This document shows, piece by piece, positions 14,301 through 37,968 of a DNA stretch of 64,000 nt (position 1 is the first letter of the stretch; each line of letters opens with the position of its first letter). The DNA is from Bugula neritina (taxonomy: Eukaryota; Animalia; Bryozoa), in assembly GCA_964035545.1 (NCBI GenBank), contig OZ037768.1:1364001-1428000 (forward strand). Direction: 5' to 3'. The position numbers and the translations under genes are program-made. A model generated the notes under the pieces. The model was not told where the DNA came from and ran no database searches. It saw only the letters and a program-made list of their open reading frames with translations.

Positions 14301-16195
14301 GCAGCACGGTCGGCAGCCAGCTGGAAGAAGATGCCGTATTTACCTCTTCTGGTTCACCTGACAATGAGCCAGGAGTAAGCAACTCTCAGCCCTGCTCGGA
14401 CCCTATCTCCCCTGAACAGACCGCTCCACGTGACCCTCTCATCTCTACTCACACAACTTGCTCAAATCCTGCAGGTGAAGAATTTTCGAGGTTGTCTCCG
14501 TCCAATCACCTTCAAACATCTCTGAACATATCACCTGAGACAGGTCAGTAATATTTTACTCTTTCAAGTAAATTAAATCAGCACCAGTACACTTTGCTAT
14601 TTATACGTATTAAGACATGATAATTACTATACCTGAGTTATGTCTGAGTACTATACCTGAGTTATATCTGAGTATTATATTAGAGTTATGTCTGAGTACT
14701 ATACTAGATATACTTTATATTTTAGAAACGGCAGTTGCTAATGATATCTCTGTCTGTTCTGGAGTGGTGGAAAAAACCAAACACCAAATTATTGGCCTAT
14801 CACAGAATCAAACTGCTGTAATCAAGCAGGGGGAACCTGTGCCTGTCACACCTGGCACCGTTCGCAAAGTGCTTGGCAAGATTGAGCAGCAGTATGTTGT
14901 GACACCATATTTTACATTACTTCATACTACAAGTTACATTGTATGTTCTATGACCATCATGTTTACCTGTTGAATGATATTACATGCATTACCTCTCGTA
15001 TTCACAGCTGGTGCTGATTTCTCAAACCAGTTGCTATGGTTGTTTAGGTGTCCTCTTGAAAATAACTCATTGGGTAGGTCGGATAGTTTCAAGTTACGGA
15101 AACCGCAAACTGATCCTCCGTACAAATCAGCACCTGACTGGTCTAAAGCAGATGGCTTGCCTTCCTTGGAAAAGGGAAGCAAAGGTACCAATAGCTCACT
15201 CTTACCATCTTTACTACTAACTGATGCTACTACTACTAGTACTACTACTACTACTGCTGCTACTACTACTACTGCTGCTGCTGCTACTGCTACTACTACT
15301 GCTACTACTACTACTACTACTACTGCTGCTACTACTACTACTGCTGCTGCTGCTACTGCTGCTGCTGCTACTGCTACTATTACAACGTTGTTTACTACTG
15401 CCAGTAATCTACCACTTTGAATAGTGTAGTGTTATTTAAAACTTTATCTTTAGCAAGAATGGTACAATGCGACTTCGTAAGTTGAATATCATGGCTGTAT
15501 TTCATAGACTGTGAACTGATTGATGGCCTTCCTGAATCACAGCATAGAGAAAATCTTCAGAAACCAGTCAAATTTTCTATTGGAGAAGAATCTTTATCAG
15601 GAGAGGTAACTCCTGCAGGTAAATCTCCACTTATTTACTTTATAGTATGGTCAGCAAAGCATCTCTACAGTTGGTAGAAGTAATTTTATTCTCAACGGTT
15701 TCTCTCCTTGCAGGGAGTTCTGAGGTTCAGCTAAGCACATCCTTCCCAGAATCCTCTAGTGCCGTAACGTCACACGAACAGACAACTTCAAAGCAGGCTG
15801 AATGCATTCTGAAAGTAGCCAGTAAACCCATGCTTCTAGCTGGCGGCTCTCCAACCTCTCCAACAGCGGCTAACAACCCTTTGCCAGTTAAAGCGCTAGT
15901 TGGTGCCTTTGAATGCATTGGCTCAGCTAAAGAGCTCAACCGACCATTGACAGTGCATGTTGACAGCTTCAACTCTGACCCATTTACTAAAAAGGCATCA
16001 ACCGCATCAATATCACCACTGCAGAGAAGTCAGTCTTTGAAAGCTCTTTCCTCTCAGCAGAAAGCTGGCGATGATTCTGGAGGTAGTAGAAACTATACAA
16101 CCCAAAAACAGCCGCAATTGCATATGAAAACGAAACGAGACACGTTGCAGCATTCTATCAGTACGACAGTTATACGAACAGATAATCTGACTTGA
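5337..16195 (+). CDS. SSH: Protein phosphatase Slingshot homolog (cofilin phosphatase)
   Basis: Exons 5337-5384 (MALVTIHRPSSP), 5665-5714, 9105-9214 (FSESYFTIKGAALIL), 9880-9947, 10546-10727 (VVLDGDG), 10933-11101, 11199-11378, 11557-11732 (YLGTEWNASN), 11864-12071 (catalytic VHCKMGISRSAST), 12342-12481, 12944-13099, ~14217-14543 (acceptor uncertain), 14726-14891, 15048-15184, 15508-15618, 15714-16195. Phases are consistent. Confidence 0.93.
6505..6995. repeat. 15-bp minisatellite (GTAGTACTCTACACA), ~32 copies
   Basis: Directly visible in SSH intron 2; ORF 6464..7012 (YTVVL)n is an artefact. Confidence 0.97.
7898..8443. repeat. 15-bp CA-rich minisatellite (CACACACCTACACAA), ~36 copies
   Basis: Directly visible; open in multiple frames only because the unit lacks stops. 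Confidence 0.97.
8680..9075. repeat. 22-bp minisatellite (TTATACTATATACTATGCTATG) decaying into TA-rich pentamers up to the SSH acceptor at 9104
   Basis: Directly visible. Confidence 0.9.
11102..11185 (+). repeat. ~20-bp repeat carrying five copies of the SSH donor GTAAGT
   Basis: GTAAGT at 11102, 11118, 11138, 11158 and 11178 within a 97-nt intron. Confidence 0.9.
11398..11520. repeat. 21-bp repeat (TATATTTCACTGTATAGAGTR), ~6 copies
   Basis: Directly visible in the SSH intron 11379-11556. Confidence 0.9.
12077..12335. repeat. 20-bp repeat (TTACTGTATAGTAAAGYGTA) filling almost the whole SSH intron 12072-12341
   Basis: Directly visible. Confidence 0.92.
12555..12920. repeat. ~44-bp minisatellite (GTATTACTGAGTATGTATTCAGTATATTATTATAAAACTATACG), ~8 copies
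   Basis: Directly visible; ends ~25 nt before the acceptor at 12943. Confidence 0.88.
15225..15380. repeat. (ACT/GCT)n trinucleotide microsatellite
   Basis: Directly visible, ~40 nt after the donor at 15185. Confidence 0.95.
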
Positions 16196-16599
16196 TGTGC
16201 ACCACTCAATGTAATCATCTATTTACAGTATTTTTATATCTTGCCTTTCGAATACTACTAACTCCTTGTTGTTCCATCTGCATGTTGTGTTTCCAAGAGA
16301 ATATCTTAAAATTGTATAAATTAATTAGAAGTTGGGATATTTTACATTTATGGCCTAATATTTAAACAACAAACTGTAACACCTTACTAATACAATACAT
16401 TTAAACATATTTAAACTTGAAAAGAGATTTTATAAATGATGTCACCAGAAATACACATTCATTTGTATGTGAACATAACTTTTTCTATAAAAATATTTGC
16501 AAAACGTTGCAATTTGCAAAATCAATGAACAACCGAACCAGGAATGCACAGTTTGAATAGTCCGTCTGTAATACTAGTCTGTGATGAATGAGAATATCC

Positions 16600-19500
16600 T
16601 TATAACTCATCAGGGGGATGCTTAGTCGACTCGTCAGGCCACTTTCTCCCATAGTTTTGTCTTAACTTTTTATGTTTTATTTCTTCTTGACGAGTCCCTT
16701 TTTCCTGCATTGGACGCTGCAACAGAAGGTAGACAGGAAGTTGAGGGGCGGGTTTATAAATACACAACCCTGCAGCTGAACATTACAGAAAATAGACAAT
16801 TTACTCATCTTTATATCAGTAAAACAGAATGCTAGAATAAAAAAGATTCAATAACTTATTGACAAAATAATGATGAATGAAATTTGAAACTTCAACAGAT
16901 ATATCACCATAGCAAAGCATGACAGCTGCAGCTTGCATATACACCCTGTTGGTACGAATCATTGTGACAAAAGAAGACAACTCTTGAGAGTATTAAAACG
17001 CAGTACATACCAGAATAGCAATTACAGCTTTTCTTTTTTTCGTATCCAACCCTTCAGCATCAACTTTCTCCTTAGCTGCCTGAGCGGCATCATAAAACTC
17101 AGACGACTCCGTTATATCTTCCAAATCTATCATTTCCACCTCTAATTGCTGAGGTTCTACAGTGACAGACATTTATATATCATCACCACCATTGATATGA
17201 CGTAATATGTACCCTTACCATATATTACAGTCTATCAACAATACGCAACTCACCTGCTGTCACTTTACACAGTCTATTAACTCACCTGCTGTCACTTTAC
17301 ACAGTCTATTAACTCACCTGCTGTCACTTTACACAGTATATTAACTCACCTGCTGTCACTTCATACAGTCTATTAACTAACCTGCTGTCACTTTACACAG
17401 TCTATTAACTCACCTGCTGTCACTTTACACAGTCTATTAACTAACCTGCTGTCACTTTACACAGTATATTAACTCACCTGCTGTCACTTCACACAGTATA
17501 TTAACTCACCTGCTGTCACTTTACACAGTCTATTAACTAACCTGCTGTCACTTTACACAGTCTATTAACTCACCTGCTGTCACTTTACACAGTATATCAA
17601 CTCACCTGCTGTCACTTTACACAGTCTATTAACTAACCTGCTGTCACTTTACACAGTCTATCAACTCACCTGCTGTCACTTTACACAGTATATTAACTCA
17701 CCTGCTGTCACTTCACACAGTATATTAACTCACCTGCTGTCACTTCACACAGTCTATTAACTAACCTGCTGTCACTTTACACAGTCTATTAACTCACCTG
17801 CTGTCACTTTACACAGTCTATTAACTAACCTGCTGTCACTTTACACAGTCTATCAACTCACCTGCTGTCACTTTACACAGTCTATTAACTAACCTGCTGT
17901 CACTTTACACAGTCTATCAACTCACCAACAACAGTTTCTATTCTTATATTTTCTATACTCTTCTTGAGCTCTGAGATGGACATGCCTTCCGTATCCTTTA
18001 CAGGTTTGGAAGATTCGATATTCTCAGATGGAGATTCTTCTTCAAGTTGTCTTTCCAACTCTAATTTAATTTTATACTCAATGAAATTATGATTCACCAA
18101 TGAAGACCTCTTCACAAGGTTACACATCACCACAAAATGCAGACTTTACAGTTAGACAACTCCCAACTGTTTAACAGAAAAGCTGTAAATTACATGATAT
18201 TAATAAACATCTTATCGGCAATTAGAGAATATCTCACCTCCCAACCCATCTAGTTGTACTTCCAACACACGAGACATGGTGTCTTTCAGGTTCTGAATTT
18301 CTTTCAAAGAGTTGGCAGACTGTTCTCCATCTTCTTCAGCGGCTAGCTCCGCCTTAGCTTCCTCGATGATGTCATCAAACTGAGAAGTGATGTACTTTCG
18401 TATGCTCTCTTTGTATTTGGATACTGTGCGCTTTCCTTTACTAGCAGACATTACCTTTGTTATCATCTCCATCACTAAATACAACCATGACTTGATAATG
18501 ATTACCACACATATATACAGCACATACATAACAGAGTATTCTGACACAACACCCTTATGTAGAAAATGATGCTATATTTAGCTCAACATAAATCACAAGA
18601 CAATCTGTTCTGTTAGCCAAACACGTTTTGCCAAACTAATAAATACATAATGGGTTTATTCACTGACATTGGAGTTGGAGTTGCGAGTCCTTTTCCGTAA
18701 GAGAATTCAAACTAGTGAGGTCTATACTAGGGACTGACTTCAGGCTTGACTCCAATAGTTTATCGATATCAACATCTTCATCTTCTGACTCATCTGAAAC
18801 ATATGTTTTAGAGAAGAGCTCAAGTGATAACAGTTTCATGTTAAAAAAGCTCAGGCTAAACTATTCAACATCAGCACTTCTCACCACAGGAAGAATAAAC
18901 TACTGAATTACATAATGATATTTAATATCCAGTTCAGCTATAAATGAGACATAAACTTATCGTCCGCAATACCTGTGGGAGACTTTATCTCTGCAGGGTC
19001 AGTGATTGACTTAACGTATTCATCATAAATCTCTTGAGAGACGATAGGCTGGCACTCAATAGACCGAGATTCTGCTTGCACAGGCGGTCTAAGGTACGGG
19101 TGGTGACATATTTTGGATGTATATACAAATACAGTGTACGCGCACGACTCTAATTCAGCTATTGCCCCTATTCGATCAATATCACCCTCTACGCAGGAAA
19201 ACTACAAGCAAATAAAACAACATTGAATAATGGTGGTTGAACAACTCAGTGATTTCGTATTAAACTAATATCTCATTTACGAGTTCCAACATTTAGTCAG
19301 AAAGTTAGAAACTACTGTACATAGTCATATGAAACATGTGCAGGCTTAGAGAACACTAAAAGAAACTAACTCGAATTTCAGTCTTCCTTGGCTTCTTTGT
19401 AAGGTCGCAAACGGAGCCATTGACGTACTGCTGAGTGTGGTAACGGTTGAGAGTGGATTTCTTTAGCACTTCCTAAAACAATACACCAGATGAATCCAAT

Positions 19501-21037
19501 CCACTGGAACACATCAATTGAGTCGCTAAAACACTGAGCTAAAGTCTAAAGTAACAATTCAACTCACTAAATCCTCGGCCAACCAGGTTTTATCAGACTG
19601 ATATTTTCCTAGTGATATCACTTGGCCGACTTTCTTCCCATTTTCTAGATGAAACTGAGTGACTTCCTGTCCATAGCAGAACTCATACGACCACCAGTCT
19701 TTTGTCTGTAAGATAAAATAATTGTTTCCTGACAAATTTACACAAAAAATTGATACATTTCTGCAAAAATAATTTCAATGATTTAATCCATTAATAAGGA
19801 CTTTTGTTTTATTTTAATGAAAATGTTCCACTATTCTCATTTCCTTTTATTCTTATCTTTATTTTAAACAAAGTTCATTTCAACCTTGAGCAAACAGTTT
19901 CCTCTCATGGGCTCCAACAGATCTGTTATATTTATATCAGCCACAGGCTCTTGGGTAACTTTTGCAGACTGAGTTGGCGAGTTCTTATAATGACAAACGT
20001 ATCTTTGTCCATATTTAGAAGATAATTGTATTGTTGTCTCATCTTGGCTGAAGCCAAAGTCACCAGAATCCTAAAAAACAATCAAAATGATACCGTGACT
20101 TGTGACTAGTACACAATTACAACTCGAAAGCATCAGCTGACAGTGTTCATGTGAATGTTACTATGAACGGGAATGTAAGTATTTATTCAGTCTAAGTTAG
20201 TGTAGTTAGTCTAAGTTAGGCCTTATTTTAATATCAAAAAGTGAAAATCTCAAAACTGAAAAAAATGACAGTCATGGGTACATTTAGTCTAGTCTTACAG
20301 TTACTATGATTCTGAGCAGTGAGTACTACTGATAATTCATTATTGATTATGATAATTACTAATAGTGAGTAATACCATCAGAATGAATATGACTATCACT
20401 TTCAGTTTCACTTAGACTTAGAGTTAGTGACCATCAGTATCACTACGACTACGAGTATCACTATCAGTCTGATCATGAGGACAATGAGTATGATTATGGT
20501 ACCACACTATCGATATCACTATGACTATCACTATGAGTATGTAGTTCTAGTTGTACTACTACTAGTAGTACTACTTGTAGACCAATTCAAATTAAAATTA
20601 CTTACTCTTAGTGAGTTAGTCTTATTCTTAGTATTACCATTATGATTATTATTACCATAACTACAACTATAAGTATAAGCGATGGACAATAAGAATAATA
20701 TTACTATTACTATTAGTATTACTACTATTACTATTAGTGAAAATCAAATCTGTCAAAAAATTAGATCCATCATACTCATAGTGATAGTCATACTCATGTA
20801 ATCTTATCAGTGCCTTAGGCTTAAACTAAAAGTAAATAAAAAACTTACCTTAGAATGTGTATGAGTATCACTTTGTTGAAGGGGAATAGGTTGGTCTGAT
20901 ATGTGAATAGAATAGAGGGAAGTTTTTAATTCTTCTACATCTAATATTGCTGCTTCATGTTTTAGAAACAAATTTAATGTAAATAGAACTAGAAAACTAA
21001 AATATATATAATTTAATAATAAGCAAAAACAGTTCAT
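16600..21037 (-). CDS. OS9: ER lectin OS-9 (MRH domain, ERAD)
   Basis: Signal-peptide exon 20849-21037 (..ILDVEEL..YSIHI), ~19884-20070 (SKYGQRYVC..GNCLLK), ~19569-19706 (TKDWWSYEFCYGQEVTQFH), ~19371-19472 (RYHTQQYVNGSVCDLTKKPRKTEIR), ~18960-19202 (ESCAYTVFVYTSKICHHPYL), acidic exons ~18670-18800, ~18237-18475, 17926-~18060, 17010-17156, and last exon 16600-~16718 ending PDEL*. Confidence 0.88.
17247..17925 (-). repeat. 32-bp minisatellite (~21 copies) whose unit starts at the OS9 donor: GTGAGTTAATAGACTGTGTAAAGTGACAGCAG
   Basis: Directly visible; the true donor GT is at 17925-17924. Confidence 0.96.
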
Positions 21038-21306
21038 TGTAATCTTATGTTACGGACGCCTTATAAGCATAATGATTGGGGTACTAACTGCCTACGTAAA
21101 TTAATTAAGACTGGCTTGTTATTATATATAATTTATTTTTGGAAAACACAAGTCCTCTAAGCAACGTCAGTTTTTAGAAACATAAAGTTTGGGGAGATAA
21201 CCTTGACTCAGATTATCGCTGAAGGTCAAGGATTTTTCCAGTAGTTGCAAATTTGTTTGATACGTGTAAGTATTAGATAGCTTATAAGTGACGATAATAC
21301 AGATGT

Positions 21307-21378
21307 GGCTTGTTGGTCTAGGGGTATGATTCTCGCTTTGGGTGCGAGAGGTCCCGGGTTCAAATCCCGGACAAGCCC
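21307..21378 (+). tRNA. tRNA-Pro (TGG)
   Basis: GGCTTGTTGGTCTAGGGGTATGATTCTCGCTTTGGGTGCGAGAGGTCCCGGGTTCAAATCCCGGACAAGCCC: full cloverleaf, A/B boxes, TGG anticodon, TTTT terminator at ~21382. Confidence 0.97.
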
Positions 21379-22409
21379 AAGTTTTGCTAAAATGTGTGTA
21401 TTATACACGGTGTATAGTTACTTTTTAGTACCTTGTTTAAATTGGATTTAATAAAAACTAATTTTTGAATTTACAATGATTGAAATACGCAATCTACAAA
21501 TACACAATAATTTCAGCTTACAAGGTTTGTGATCATACCACCAGAATGCTACTAGGCCTAGCATGCTAGCCACCAAACAGCAACTCTAAATAGCCTATAG
21601 GGATGGTGTGTTAGGTACGAATGCGTATAAACATGAATTGCTAACGAAGCGACTGTTGGTGGCAGAGAATTAAAACACATCTAGCAGAAGATGGCCTGAT
21701 CCAATAAGCTGCAATTGTCCAAAAAAAGGAGTTATCCTTCCTGAGGGGTCTTGCCAGATTTAGCTGTCAGATATATATATATAAAAACCTGCAGGTGGAA
21801 GTATTTCTTGCTTTTATTGGAAAATATCACAACAAATAACCGTGTTGACTAGTGTTAATTGCATAAAATATACATTCAGATATAACACATCAACAGACTG
21901 CGCAATTGCAAAATGCTACACGTTTTAAAAACAAAATAATATGCTACAGCACTCAATACTTTGATATGTGACAAAACGATTGAAAAATTTTCAAAATAAA
22001 CCCACATGTGTCTAGAATCCACAGGCTAGCCTCAGGATAGTTGAGTAATGGACAGCATAAGCCAATAGGCTACATAGACGTCTATTTACATGCTGATTCT
22101 ACGGATATTGTCTCAATTAGGTCAACTGTATATATATAGAGCATGGACTTGCGTTAAAGAATATAACCAGTAGCAGAACTCAGTCCTGCTTTAGAAATAA
22201 CCAACACTATTTATTTTATACACTGACCAACAGTTTGTGGGAGACAACCTCATCACATTCACTAAGATTAGCAGCTGATAAACCAGTTTATAGAAAAGCC
22301 ATGACATAACAATAAGAAGATTATACTCGATACAACAAGTTAATGTACAAAACAACAGAGCCATGGAAATTGAAACTATTTACAGAGCACTAAGAAAAGA
22401 GGCGGACAG

Positions 22410-35034
<12,625 letters not shown>

Positions 35035-37968
35035 GGTGGTCCCTCAGCCACTATATTAACCTAGAGTAAAGTCGGTGGCAACCAGAGAGAGGATATCTCT
35101 TAAGTCGAGTTCGTCTGTAGACGGCACATGAATCACCGTTTCAGCTCCTAACGTGAAAATACATAAACTGAAATCATGTCTGCAAGATGACAGTAAAACA
35201 TGTTGAAGGTGCAGGCTTGAATAGCTTGAAATCAATATAAACATTGATTGTTTACTCATAAATATTGTTTAGTGCAAGCATCCAACGATTAGATAGAAGC
35301 AGAATGTACCTACTTTCACTAGCCTCATAAATAATTCTCATTAAACTTTAAATATCCTAGTAGGTATTAGTTTTCGTAATCAGAACAATTACTTCATTGT
35401 GTCACCTTGCATAGTGCTTGCTGAGGCCACCCAAAGCTCTACATTACTTTAAAGATTAGCTTTGGAGTTGCTTCATTCAACTGCCAGAAAAACTGTTTAA
35501 AAATGTCCAAAATAGAAACTGCCTTCATTTGTTCCAACCATATACTTATCTAATCTAGCAATGAAGGGGTATAACTCAACTAAATTGACATGGGTGAATG
35601 CTAGCACAGTAGACTTTATGATGTAATAAAACCAGAGCGTAGAGGTCAAGGTGAATTACTAGTGCAGTCTATACTGTCTCCCAGTGAACTTATCAACATT
35701 AACACAATACAACAAGTGCATAATCAATAGAAATGATGACACATTAAAATAACTAATTATACTAAGACTTACAATTTAACCTTGTTGAACTTGGTAAGGC
35801 AAAGCTTAGAAAAATTGTTTTTGGCTATGATGAAGGTGTAGTTTAAGTAAAGTTGACTAAAGCAAACTCAACTGCTATTGCATAGCTGTTTAACACTAAT
35901 AGTAAATAATACAAATTTCATCTACATAATTTCAACTGTTCAAGTTACAAGCTTAAACTATAAGAATTTAAAAAGTTGAAGTTACACACCTACACTTGTA
36001 ACCCCCACGAGAGTGTTGCACGCAATAATTGTAAACACTTACAGATAAGTAGCAATGATTACTACTAATACTAGCACTAGTACTACTACTAGCACTAGTA
36101 CTAGTGCTAGTAGTAGTACATTGAGCAATCAACCTGAGTAAATAGTTATCATTATGATTATCTGACTATATTGATCAACACTAAAACTAAAACTAGCAAT
36201 AATATTAACTGAATAATCATGTCATAACATTAAGTTCACCTGCATAAAATTTAATATTGGAATTAGTTGTTGTTCACACTCATACTCACTGTATCAGTAT
36301 TAAACTAGTAGCAGTAAGTGACAAACTCATAACCCATAACTCACAAGTGTTAAAAATCAATGTAATTGAGTCATAGTGATGATGACAAACATAACACAAT
36401 GATCAATGTCAAAGTGATTATCATTATGCTATAAGTTTTACTATATTTATATTATATTTACTAGCATATGCTCAATTTGAACTTCATGATGATAATTATA
36501 AGATTATGATAAACTTTTACTGTTTTAGTTTTATTATAGTTATACTTACACTACAGTTACACTAATACTGCTAATGTGTTAGTGCTATAGACTATCATTA
36601 TCACTATAGTATTACTAATACTAATAGTTATAGTAGTACAAGTATTAGTTTAACTATAAGATCAAATATAACTATTACTATTAGTATTAGTATAAGACTA
36701 AGTATTTGTCAAGACCTAAACTGCCAACTTCCATTTAAACATTTACAAATTATATATGCCTATGAGCTATGGCTATGCTATCACTACTACTATCAGTATC
36801 ACTATAACTATTGCTATGACTCATAAGTCATATGTGATAGGAGGATCAGTATGACTTGACTTTAAGCATGTCTGCTTCTAACTTTATGTCTATTACTATT
36901 ACTATTAGTATTACTACTAGTTCTAGAGATTTATATTTTGTATTTCTTCATCTTATAGTTACACATCACACCAATGCAGAAATTTGTCTAACTTACACGG
37001 TTCTAAACAGTTTTCTTGGAGAAGATTGCTAGTAATACTTTTCAGAGACAAGTGTGAGAACTGTAGCACGGGCACTGCTATCGGTTATAGATCAAATCAA
37101 TCCACAAACCAGCCAACAAAGCTAACCGCTAACCTCATAAGTTGCCCACACCTTATTGGTTGGTCTTGAGCAACTTTAGCTTCAAATGCAACGTGGACTA
37201 GGCGTGTTTTAGGCTTAATGCAATTGTTCTATTCAATCACTGCGAAGCATCTAACAAATATCCGCCTATATAGCTGTCAATAATAGCCGCGTGTTTTAAT
37301 CCCGCAAGGGCTGGCATTTTTTACTGAATGCTACTGCCTGTATACAACAAAATTCTGCCTGTTAATCTATTTTTTCTCCCGACTACAACTCGACCATAAT
37401 AGTTTCATCAATACCTTTTAACCACAAGGCACTTTTAGACCAGTGCATTAGAATTACCAACTTTATCAGCCATTTACATATTCAGTGAGACCTATTTTTG
37501 ATAAGCAGACCAAGGAAGAAACAACATAATATCAACACTGTGGTCACAACCAATGTATTATCAAAATATATTTATGATTATAAATATAATATTACTTTAG
37601 TTAGTAGTTTATGTAAACAAGGTTTGTAATAATACTAGCAAAAATAGTACAGTAATGGCTTTGTTATTGAATATATACCATTTATATTGCATAAAGTTCA
37701 AACTGCAAGCTAGTTCACTTTGTTAGTCTGCCATTCAAAATCGGCTGCCACTCAAAATCAATAGTCCTCTACAGGCTAAGTTAGAAACTGTCAGTGCTAT
37801 TTCTCATTCACAATGGCCAGTTTAAGAAATCAGGAGGCAGGATTAGCTGAGTTTATTGTTTGATATAAAGAAATGGTGTAAGGGATTTCACATGGCTTGC
37901 ATAGCTGAGTGTATCTTCGCACTCTGACAGTCTGTCTGTGTGTCCAACATTTATGTGCCGTCTGTTCT

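Noticed and set aside
21226-21408. 60-aa ORF on the minus strand
   Set aside because: Antisense translation of the tRNA-Pro gene.
21530-21560. 5S rRNA-like start (GATCATACCACC)
   Set aside because: Similarity does not extend; no internal control boxes.
21825-21831. K-box (TGTGATA) in the groucho 3' UTR
   Set aside because: A single 7-mer, expected by chance without conservation data.
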